Positions 25,955 to 37,156 of a stretch of 64,000 nucleotides of DNA are shown one piece after another. Every line of letters starts with the position of its first letter. Position 1 is the first letter of the stretch. This stretch comes from Mobula hypostoma. Lineage: Eukaryota. The stretch spans positions 127,660,001 through 127,724,000 of the forward strand of contig NC_086097.1 in NCBI RefSeq assembly GCF_963921235.1. Direction: 5' to 3'. The notes under the pieces are model-generated. The model was not told where the DNA came from. It saw nothing but the letters and a program-made list of their open reading frames with translations, and made no database searches. A program made the translations under genes and the position numbers.

Positions 25955-26135
25955 ACAGCACAGAGGTGTAACTTGTAGAACTGCAGTCTCACAGTGCCAG
26001 AGATCTTGACTTGTGTGTGTCGAGTTTGCATGTTCTTTCCATGATCATGTGGATTTCCTTTGGGTGATCTGGTTTTTTCCCATATCCCAACTATTTGCAG
26101 GTTGGTGGGTTAATTGGCATAAACTTCCTCTGGCT
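25955..26135 (+). mobile_element. Decayed V-SINE
   Basis: gagtttgcatgttct..ggatttcctttgggtgatctggttttttcccatatccc. Confidence 0.6.
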
Positions 26136-26676
26136 GGTCGGTGGGGAGAATAAATTAGTAAAAGGGATTAATGTTGAACAAAGGAGATTCTGCAGAAGCT
26201 GGATGTCCATGGTAACACATACAAAATGCTTGAACAACTCAGCAGGTCTGGCAGCATCTATGAGAGGAATAAACAGTCAATGTTTCAGGATGACACCCTT
26301 TGTAAGGGAATAAAATGTTGATGGATAGTTGATGGTTAGTGTGAATCAACTGTATGTCTGACTCTTTTCAGATAATAATCAGGTAACTTAAAATAATGCA
26401 ATTGCTTAATAGTATGGATAGTGCATTAAGTACAAGAGAATAACATGGTTCAGATAACTAGCTTTTACAGGGTATTTTCCTTTTGTATTGTTTTCCATTT
26501 TCCATGATGGTTTTGTGCATTCATACACCAGACAGGATAGAATAAAGACATTTCCTTGAATTAGCCGATTGCGCGGTGTGGCGTAGAAAACATAGAAAAC
26601 ATACAGCACAATACAGGCCCTTCGGCCCACAAAGCTGTGCTGAACATGTCCCTACCTTAGAACTACATAGGCTTTA

Positions 26677-29600
26677 CCCATAGCCTTCTGTTTTTCTAAG
26701 CTCCATAAAAGACCCTATCGTATCTGCCTCCACCACCACCGTCGGCAGCCTATTCCACGCACTCACCACTCTCTGCGTAAAAAAACTTACCCCTGACATC
26801 TCCTCTATACCTACTTCTAGGCACCTTAAAACTATGCCCTTTCTTGTTAGCCATTTCAGCCCTGGGGAAAAGCCTCTGACTATCCACACGATCAATGCCC
26901 CTCATTATCTTGTACATCTCTATCAAGTCACCTCTCATCCTCCGCCGTCGCTCCAAGGAAAAAAGTCCGAGTTCACTTAACCTATTCTCATAAGGCATGC
27001 TCCCCAATCCAGGCAACATCCTTGTAAACCTCCTCTGCACCCTTTCTATGGTTTCCACATCCTTCCTATAGTGAGGCGACCAGAACTGAGCACAGTACTC
27101 TAAGGTTCCTATATAGCTGCAACATTACCTCTTGGCTCTTAAACTCAATCCCACGATTGATGAACCACAGAGTCAACTTGCGCAGCAGCTTTGAGTGTCC
27201 TATGGACTCGGACCCCAAGATCCCTCTGATCCTCCACACTGCCAAGAGTCTTACCATTAATACTATATTCTGCCATCATATTTGACCTACCAAAATGAAC
27301 CACCTCACACTTATCTGGGTTGAAATCCATCTGCCACTTCTCAGCCCAGTTTTGCATTCTATCAATGTCCTGCTGTTACCTCTGACTGCCCTCCACACTA
27401 TCCACAACACCCCCGACTTTTGTCTCATCAGTAAGTTTACTAACCCATCCCTCCACTTCCTCACCATCCCTCCACTTCTTCATCCAGGTCATTTATAAAA
27501 ATCACAAAGAGTAGGGGTCCCAGAACAGTTCCCTGAGGCACACCACTGGTCACCGGCCTCCATGCAGAACATGACCCGTCTACAACCACTCTTTGCCTTC
27601 TGTGGGCAAGCCAGTTCTGGATCCACAAAGCAATGTCCCCTTGGATCCCATGCCTCCTTACTTTCTCAATAAGTCTTGCATGGGGTACCTTATCAAATGC
27701 CTTGCTAAAATCCATATACACTACAACTACGGTTCTACCTTCATCAACGTGCTTAGTCACATTCTCAAAAAATTCAATCAGGCTCGTAAGGCATGACTTA
27801 CCTTTGACGCAACCATGCTGACTATTCCTAATCATATTATGCCTCTCCAAATGTTCATAAGTTCTGCCTCTCAGGATCTTCTCCATCAACTTATCAACCA
27901 CTGAAGTAAGACTCACGGGCCTATAATTTCCTGGGCTATCCCTACTCCCTTTCTTGAATAAGGGAACAACATCCGCAACTCTTCAATCCTCCAGAACCTC
28001 TCCCGTACGCATTGATGATGCAAAGATCATTGCCAGAGGCTCAGCAATCTCCTCCCTCGCTTCCCACAGTAGCCTGAGGTACATCCCGTCTGGTCCCAGT
28101 AACTCATCTAACTTGATGCTTTCCAAAAGCTCCAGAACATCCTCTTTATTAATATCTACATTCTCAAGCTTTTCAGTCCACTGCAAGTCAGCCCTTCAAT
28201 CACCAAGATCCTTTTCCGCAGTGAATACTAAAGCAAAGTATTGATTAAGTACTTCCGTTATTTCTTCCGGTTCCATACACACTTTTCCATTGTCACATTT
28301 GATTGGTCCTATTCTCTCACATCTTATCCTCTTGCTCTTCACATACTTGTAGAATGCTTTGGGGTTTTCTTTAATCCTGTCCGCCAAGGCCTTCTCATGG
28401 CCCCTTCTGGCTCTCCTCATTTCATTCTTTTTTTTTATAATATAATTTTTATTGAGTTTTCAAAAAGAATACATGAAAAGATAAAATCTACCCTCCCCCC
28501 CCCATATATAGTCCTACCTAAAAAGAAAGAAGAGAAAGAAAAAAGGGCCGCCTGGGTATTGGAAGGTTTCCACATGCTCCATGGGATTCAGTATAAATTT
28601 GGTATAATTATTCGTTACTTTCCCCAAGGGACCAAGATCTTTACCGGAGCACTTAAATATGCCATCCTATCTTTTGTAAATAAGGGCGCCAAATATTCAA
28701 AAATGTTACATATTTATCTCTTAAATTATAAGTAATTTTTTTGAGTGGAATAGAACTAGCCATTTCATTATTCCAACGATCCATACTTAAACACGAATCA
28801 GATTTCCAAATAACTGCTATAGTCTTCTTGGCTACTGCCAATGCAAATTTTATAAATTCTTTCTGATATTTATTCAATTTAAGTTTCGGCTTTATCCCTT
28901 CAATATCACCTAATAGAAATAATACAGGGTTATGTGGAAGTTGAGTTCCAGTAATTTGTTCCAATAAGACTCTTAAATTTATCCAAAAGGGTTGAATTTT
29001 AAAACAAGACCAAGTAGAATATAAAAATGTACCAATTTCTTGATTACACCGAAAGCATTTATCGGATAGATTTGAATTTAATCTATTTCTTTTTTGTGGT
29101 GTAATATATAATTGGTGTAAAAAATTATATTGTGCTAATCTAAGTCGAACATTTATTGTATTTGTCATACTGTTAAGACAGAGTCTTGATCAATTTGTTT
29201 CCTCAATATTAATATTCAGATCTATTTCCCATTTTTGCTTTGACTTATAGGTTCCTTGTTTAATTGTCTGTTCTTGAATCAAATTATACATACAAGAAAT
29301 AAATTTTTTAATTTTCCCTTTTTGAATTAAAATTTCAATTTCATTAGGTTTTGGCAAAAACATTGTTTGACCCAGCTTACCTTTTAAGTAAGCCCTTAAT
29401 TGAAGGTAACAAAAAAAAGTATTATTTGATATTTTATATTTATCCTTTAATTGTTCAAATGACATCAATATACCTCGTTCATAACAATCTCCTATAAATT
29501 TAATCCCTTTTTGGTACCAATTATATAAAAGTTGATTATCCATTGTAAAAGGAATAAGTTTGTTTTGGAACAAAGGTCTCCTTGCTAATAGAGATTTCTG

Positions 29601-30690
29601 TGTTTCATTATCAACATTTATCTTATTCCATAGATCAATCAAATGTGTTATTATAGGAGATTCTCATTTCATTCTTCAGCTCCTTCCTGTTAGCCTTTTA
29701 ATCTACCAGATTCATATCATTACCTAGTTTTTCGAACCTTTCGTAAGCTTTTCTTTTCTTCTTGACTAGACTTACAACAGCCTTTGTACACCACGGATCT
29801 TGTACCCTACCATCCTTTCCATGTCTCATTGGAATGTACCTACGCAGAACCCCACGCAAATATTCCCTGAACATTTGACACATTTCTTCCGTACGTTTCC
29901 CTGAGAACATCTGTTTCCAATTTATGCCTCCAAGTTCCTGCCTGATAGTCTCATCGTTCCCCTTACTCCAATTAAATGTTTTCCTAACTTCTCTGATCCT
30001 ATCCCTCTCCAATGCTATGGTAAAGGAGATAGAATTGTGATCACTATCTCCAAGACGCTCTCCCACTGAGAGACCTGACACCTGACCAGGTTCATTTCCC
30101 AATACCAGGTCAAGTACAGTCTCTTTTCTTGTAGGCTTATCTACATATTGTGTCAAGAAACCTTCCTGAACACACCTAACAAACTCCATCCCATCTAAAC
30201 CCCTCACTCTAGGGAGATGCCAATCAATATTTGGAAAATTAAAATCTCCCACCACAACAACCCTCTTATTATTACTCCTTTCCAGAATCTGTCTCCCTAT
30301 ATGGTCCTCGATGTCCCTGCTACTATTGGGCGGTCTATAAAAAATATCCAGTAGAGCTATTGACCCCTTCCTATTCCTAACTTCCACCCACAGAGACTCT
30401 GTAGACAACCCCTCCATGATATCCTCCTTTTCTGCAGCCGTGACACTATCTCTGATCAACAGTGCCACACCCCCACATCTTTTTCCTCCCTCCCTGTCCT
30501 TTCTGAAATATCTAAAGCCTGGCCCTTGAAGTAGCTATTCCTGCCCCTGCACCATCCAGGTCTCTGTAATGGCCACAACATCATAGCACCAGGTGCTGAT
30601 CCACGCTCTAAGCTCATCTGCTTTATTCATGATACTCCTCGCATTAAAATAGACACATCTCAAACCATCCGACTGAGCGCGTCCCTTCTC
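26677..30690 (-). pseudogene. CR1 ORF2 (APE endonuclease + reverse transcriptase), frameshifted and split by the L1 insertion
   Basis: Colinear fragments 30535-30795, 29698-30468, 28196-28420, 27983-28186, 27461-27916, 27145-27357, 26750-27058 and 26674-26895. Confidence 0.92.
28430..29662 (-). mobile_element. L1/Tx1-clade LINE 3' fragment nested in CR1 ORF2
   Basis: ORFs 29190-29642 and 28653-29168 (YNFLHQLYITP..CFRC..GTFLYSTWSC..PFW). T-rich tail at 28428-28436. 14-bp TSD ctcatttcattctt at 28416-28429 and 29663-29676. Confidence 0.95.
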
Positions 30691-30822
30691 TATCACCTGC
30701 CTATCCTCCCTTTCGCACTGTCTCCAAACTTTCTCTATTTGTGAGCAAACCTCCTTTTTCTCTGTCACTTCAGCTCGGTTCCTACCTCCCAGCAATTCTA
30801 GTATAAGCTCTCCTCAATAGCC

Positions 30823-31720
30823 TTAGCAAACCTTCCCCCTCGGATTCAAGTGCAACCCGTCCTTTTTGTACAGGTTACACCTGCCCCAGAAGAGGTCCCA
30901 ATGATCCTGAAATCTGAATCCTTGCCCCCTGCTCCAATCCCTCAGCCACACATTTATCCTCCACCTCATTCTATTCCTACACTCACCGTCACATGGCACA
31001 GGCAGTAATCCTGAGATTACTACCTTTGAGGTCCTGCTTCTCAACTTCATTCCTAACTCCCTGTAGTCTGTTTTCAGGACCTCTTCCCTTTTCCTACCTA
31101 TGTCGTTGGTACCAATATTTACCACGACCTCAGGCTGTTCTCCTTCCCACTTCAAGATATCATGGACGCGATCAGAAACATCCCGGACCCTGGCACCTGG
31201 GAGGCAAACTACCATCCGTGTTTCTTTCCTGCATCCACAGAATCGCCTGTCTGACCCGCTAACTATAGAGTCCCCTATCACTGCTGCCATCCTCTTCCTT
31301 TCCCTACCCTTCTGAGCCACAGGACCAGACTCTGTGCCAGAGGGGCAATCACTGTTGCTTCCCCCAGGTAGGCTGTCCCCCCGCAACAGTACTCAAGCAG
31401 GTACACTTATTGTTAAGGGGGACAGCCACTGGGATACTCTCTAGTACCTGCTTCTTGCCCTTCCCTCTCCTGACTGTTACCCACTTATCTGTCTCCCGAG
31501 GCCCCAGAGTGACTACTTGCTTATAACTCCTTTCTATCACCTCCTCACTCTCCCTGACCAGACAAAGGTCATCGAGCTGCAGCGCCTGTTCCCTAACGCA
31601 GACTCTAAGGAGCTGCAGCTCGATGCATCTGGTGCAGATGTGGTCGGCCGGGAGGCCGGGAGTCTCTAGGACCTCCCACATCTGACACTGAGCACAGAAA
31701 ACCAGCCTCACACACATACT
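30823..31720 (-). pseudogene. CR1 ORF1 (N-terminal CxxC..CxxC zinc finger/zipper + SGNH esterase-like domain), frameshifted near 31380
   Basis: CAQCQMW..ICTRCIELQLL, then VIGDSIV, LPGARV, IGTNDIG and KDGLHLN. Confidence 0.9.
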
Positions 31721-33199
31721 CTCTGCCTTTATTTTAAACAGATAACCTACCTGGCCTCGACCCTTTATCACCGAAGCCCCGTTGAGCCAAAGCCTTCCTA
31801 CTCTGTCTCCCGCTCCTCCGGTGCCCGCTCTGTAAATCTGTCTTCTTTTTAAACTCTTCCCGCTGTTCTCACTGGCCGACCTCCATGCACTTGTGCAGTC
31901 ATGTCCCATTCAAACTGCTGAAGAAATAACCCAGTGGCAGTTGACATTTTGCAAGAGTCCAAAGTTCTGGTCAATAAAATCATGAAGGAACAGAAAAAAA
32001 ACCTGAGATTACTTTAAAAGAAATATGCCAATCCAACATTAGCACTTGTGTCTCATCCAATTTTGGCAATCCCTATTTATGATGCTGTGATAATGTAATC
32101 TGTCCAAACAATTGCACTTTCCACTGCACAGTCTTTCAAATATTTAGCTTACTGATTTATCCCCAAATGAACCAATTATTTTTATTGAATTAAGAAAGCA
32201 TTTAAGTCCACACTTTTAACCTGTTTGCTCATTATACTGTGGATCTTAATAGTAGGAAGCAATGGAACTGATTAATATGTTTTGGTTTTCATTGGTAACT
32301 GCACAACTCTAATCATGACCTCAGTATAGAAACACCATGACCACTTTGCACAACAATAACATTTTTTCCTGAACTGTTTTCTTTCTTGTATAATTGATGT
32401 TAAAGTTATATTTTTCTTGTCAATATTATGCATCAGATGCTCTGTGCCTGGGATGTTGCTGCACGTATGCACTTGTGCATGTGACAATAAACTTGACTTT
32501 GACAGTAGGAAAACAGAATTTTCCGGAAGGCACAACAGAAGTGCCTCACCCACAAGCTGTGCCCCTTTTGAAGATATTCCTCTTGAGGTATCTAGTCTTC
32601 ACACACAAGCTTAGTTACTAAATCTCTTTGGGCTACTGATCTATGAGGGTTGAACCACATTTGTGCTGGTGACACTGATGCAGTTCATCATCTTTGCATT
32701 CATATAGCATCTTTCACCACTGCAAAATGCCTCAGTCCGCAGCCAATGACCGCAGCTTTATGGAACACCCGATGCAATGTTTGGAGTAGAATATATGCAC
32801 AGCAAGCTCCCACAAGAAGCAAATTTGTTTTATCAGTGTTATTGCTTGGGAAGTAAACCCTTGCTAAGTTAGCTGGAGTGACACCTTTGGGTGCCAGTGG
32901 CACATAACTTCCACTCATTTGAGAGAGGAATGGATGCACAGAAGGGGCACCACTCCACCAGAATGTGATTGTTTGGTAACTACGATGGGTTGTCCTGAGT
33001 TTGTAAAATGTGCCGTGGAAATGTCAGGTCTTTTTTACTTCCTTCAGGTTCAAGTTCAAGCTCTTTGTCTGGGTATGCACTCCCAAGACATTAATGCCAC
33101 GAACGTTAGCTACTTGCAGCAGCAGCGCAGTATATCACAACCATGACAAACATAAATTACATAAATTAATATAAATTAACATAAATTATACGTAACTTA

Positions 33200-33502
33200 T
33201 ATAGGCATCCGTTAGTCTCATGAGACCATGGATTTACGCCTTGGAAGGTTTCCAGGATGCAGTCCTGGGCAAGGTTGTATGGAAGACCAGCAGTTGCCAT
33301 GCTGCAAGTCTCCCCTCTCCATGCCACCAATGTTGTCCCAGGGAAGGGCATTAGGACCCATACAGCCTGGCACCAGTGTCATCGCAGAGCAATGTGTGGT
33401 TAAGTGCCTTGCTCAAGGACACATATGCTGCCTCAGCCAAGTCTCGAACTAGCGACCTTCAAATCACTAGACGAACGCCTTAACCACTTGGCCATGTGCC
33501 AA
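33200..33502 (-). mobile_element. tRNA-derived SINE family A
   Basis: Reverse complement of 53476-53788 along its whole length. Confidence 0.9.
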
Positions 33503-34344
33503 ATAATAAAAGTGAGTATAATGATATCAATGCAAGTTGAGGGAAATGTAATTCAAGTCAGTGTCATGTTGGTTCAAGAACCTTATGGTAGTGGGGAAGG
33601 AGCTTAACAGAGAGATCTTCAGACTCCTCTATCTCTTGCCTGGTGTCAGCATTGGGAAGATTGCATAGCCCAGATGGTAGATGCTGCCTTCCTGAGACAT
33701 CACCTGTGGTAGATGCCCTTGATGATGAGGAGGGATGTGCCCACGAGGGTGCTCCCTGAGTCTTCTACTCCCTGTAGCCTTTTGTATTTCTGTGCTTTGA
33801 AGTTCTTGGCTGTTCATTTGATCATTTGTTTGCACTCTGTGGGCTAATGCGCAATGCCCGTGCCTTGTCCAAAAAACATAGTTTAGGATTTTGTTTGCAG
33901 TTTGCTTGTAATGTGCTTTTGTTGCTCATGAATTAAGTTCATTGCATTACAACAATGAGCGTGCAACTAAAGGTGACACAATCATGCATTTAACTGAAGC
34001 TAACTTTACAGAAAGCATGGTTTCAGCAGCAGGAAATCAGGGATAAAACACAAACACACTTGAATGTTTATTCTCTGAAAACAGCAAAGGGAAATGGCCA
34101 AAAATACTTCTTGGCTTACAGCTGCATTTCAGAATTCAAATCTATTGGATTTATCTATGCATTACCGTAACAATACGGTTCATTAGGATTTAAGCCATGC
34201 TTAACAGGCATTAACTCCTGATGGAGAAGTGGATAGAAAGAGCTACCTGATTACTTGCATTGGAGAAACTGAGAAAAATGCAGGCTGGACCGAGAGATCG
34301 TGAAGCCTTGATCATGTTTGAGCCAGCTACTGGATTATCCATGG

Positions 34345-34746
34345 TGTGTGTTCATTGTGTGGTGGGGTGGAGATACGTCTCTGCCAAAGGAGGCGTATGG
34401 TGCTCCTTCTGTCCGCTATCCTGCAGATCAGCCTTGGGCAAGGTGTAGCACCTTCTTAGCCATCCCCCCACCCCCAGATCAGGGTCATGTGAAGCCATGG
34501 GAGCAGGAGGTAGAAGGTCATATGAGCCGCTGGTGCATATCACAAGACTTGATCATGCGACTACTGATGCCAGGCAGACAACCTTTGAAGAGTATTGACA
34601 ATGGCTGGGGTCACCTGTCTTGTAAAGACACTGCCCAGAAGAAGGCAACAGCAAGCCACTTGTAGAAAAATTTGCCTGGAACAATCACGGTCAAAGACCA
34701 TGATCACCTACATCATACGACACGCCACTTAATGATGATGATGATG
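34345..34746 (+). mobile_element. RTE/BovB-related non-autonomous element or SINE
   Basis: Contains cagaagaaggcaacagcaagccact, similar to the Bov-A/RTE gagaaggaaatggcaacccact motif, and ends in a (gat)n tail. Confidence 0.6.
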
Positions 34747-35194
34747 TCGTGTAGTTAACTGGGTTAATGGACTTACCAAAACCGAGCAACCCAACTAGAA
34801 ATCGAAGAGTGCTGACTCTATGCAGTGGGTTTAGTCAGTCTGAGTGCATAATCTCATAAAGCATCCAAAATGGAAGTGAGCCATGCCATGTCATATTGTT
34901 TGAGCACAATACTTCATCCAGGTGAGGGCCCGATGATCTCGGATGACTGCATACAATCCTTTGTTCTTTATTAATAGCAATGCCCGTGCAAAGTATTTTC
35001 AGTTGCTTCTCTGCAAATGTCTACATGTTCACCTGAAGGCTTCTTCCCCACTGGCACCAGGTTATTGGACTCACTTGAAAAACTTTAACACTACCTCAGA
35101 CTATATACATTTTCTCTCTCTCTGGATCTTCCAAGGGTGCCATTCTCCAGACGGTTTGTGAAAGTACTTCTTTCACTTCTTTTTGTTTCAAATG

Positions 35195-36040
35195 TTGTTC
35201 TGCTACTGTTAGAGCCTATGATCGGCATTTTGGTGGTGTGTTTTTCAGGCCGATTAAGCGATCTGGTACTTTGCTGTCTCCGAGAGTGTTCAAGCAAGGC
35301 ATGCGGCCTCGAGGCTAAGAAGCCTGGAGAAGGGATGCGAGCCCATGATCCACTCCATTTCTCGCCAATCTCCCTGATTAAGGTGCCGAGGAAGATTGAA
35401 ATCATTGAGGCAAGTGCGGAAGGTGAGTGGGTGTGCAGTGCCATCTAGCAGCCTCTCGTACACTGCTGCTGGAGGAAGGTGTCTGTGTGATGGTCTCTCT
35501 CTCTCTCTGTTCCTGAAGGAAGATCCCTGTGTTCAAACAGTGCCTCTCTCCCTTGATGCTGCTGGAGGAAAGTGTCTGTGTGACGGTCTCTCTCTTGCTG
35601 TTCCTGAAGGAAGATCCCTGTGTCTCTCTCCCTCGATGTTGTCAGAGGACGGTACCAGAATCCTGGGTCTTGGGCAAGGTTTAACTGATGCAGCTTGTGG
35701 ACTGGACTCTCTGGTTCACGTTATGATGCGTTTCTTGTTCCACGTAACTCCTTTTTTTTGTTGCTATTTTGGTGATTTTGAATCAGGGCAACCTGTAGAT
35801 AATGAACACTGAGCTGAATTGAATATGCCTGAAATATTTCCTTTTTGTGTTCTATATTCTGTGTTGTCTGCTTGTTTATTTTTGTCGCCATTTGCGCAAT
35901 TCGTTTTTCTTTTGCGTGTGGTGGGCAGTCTTGATGTTTATTCTTTGAACAGATTCCATGATTTTTTTGTTTCGTGGCTGTCTGTGGAAAGACAAATCTC
36001 AGGGTTGTATACTGTATACTTCAATAAAAAATGTACTGTG
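35195..36040 (+). repeat. Unclassified interspersed repeat with an internal ~95-bp tandem duplication and LINE-like tail
   Basis: gctgctggagga..gtgtctgtgtga..ggtctctctct..ctgttcctgaaggaagatccctgtgt occurs at ~35465 and ~35558; ends caataaaaaatgtact. Confidence 0.55.
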
Positions 36041-36954
36041 AATCTTGCCCTAGAGCCATTAGGTTTATATTGTTGTTGATTTTGTACCTGTGTAAGTTAC
36101 AGTATGTTTAATTTATGTTAATTTAGGCTTATGTTAATCCATGTTTGTTCTCATCTTATAATTACCGTGCTATTGCCATAATAAGTAGATTTTCATGTAT
36201 TGATAGCCTGTTTGTGTATTGCAATGATAACAATAAACATTGGATTGGCATGGAAAACATGTGATCCTTGTGTCTGGGTCATGCTCAGAGTTTTACAGTC
36301 TGGTTCCTATTAGGCGGTGTTTTCACTTTATAACTGCTCAGTACCTTCGGAAACATTTCAAATGGAATTCACCCAAAAGAGGCCAAAAAAAAAAGATACA
36401 TCAATTTTCAGAGCACATGATTTAGGTTTACATTTTGAATTTGATTCAGTTAATAACATAGACAAAGTTCTTCTCTTCAAATTGTTTCTCCTCTTCACTG
36501 GAGTAGAACTTTGAAACTGTCATGAATGCAAGGTAAGAGTTTTGTTAATTGCACCCTACATCTCCTGAAGGATTGCCGAGAGCGGGAGACACACAATGAT
36601 TAGACCCTAGGGGGCACTCATCTCTTTACTCTGCAATCGAACCACAACTCTGTTTCATTCTTTACATAATACATTACTGTGCCTTAGGGTGATTTTGAAT
36701 TATATCTTTATAGGATTCAGCTATTGGTGCATGTTTCCATCGCTCTATAGAGCTCTTTTGAAATAACATACATATGCCTTTTTTTCCAAAATTTTACTTC
36801 AAATGTCAAAGATTTCTTACCTTGTCTTGCAAAGAAAATTTAGCAGAAATCTGGGGCTGTTGACTAACCCAATCAAAAATCTCAAAATAGGTATTAGTAT
36901 ATAGAATCGTAGAAAATTCACAATTGAGGAAACAGCCATTCAATTCATTCTATC

Positions 36955-37156
36955 GGTTGTGTGTGTGCACAACTGCATATATATTAAATAAAGGCACACA
37001 CACGAGATGGTTTTAACCGCTATGTTTACATTGCAATGAGAGCGAGAGAGAGAACAATGTGCATGCTTAGACAACAGCACATGCACAGATAACAGATAAA
37101 TACGTACTGCCTAGGGGAGGATCATTGCTCTAAAAGGAATAGATCCATACATTACA
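36955..37156 (-). repeat. 3' LTR (202 bp)
   Basis: Diverged direct repeat of 39734-39916; starts tgtaatgtatggatctat on the minus strand, immediately after the PPT. Confidence 0.92.

Larger units (their letters stand above)
26583..31920 (-). mobile_element. Near full-length CR1 LINE (5'UTR, ORF1, ORF2 APE-RT, 3' tail), interrupted by an L1
   Basis: 3' (ttttctatg)n tail at 26583-26602. [68 protein letters not shown]1 zinc finger and esterase. Multiple frameshifts. Confidence 0.96.

Noticed and set aside
28241..28735. 164-aa plus-strand ORF
   Set aside because: Antisense read-through across the CR1/L1 junction.
26560..31945. TSD around the full-length CR1
   Set aside because: Only a gtggc match is visible in the flanks, too short to call.
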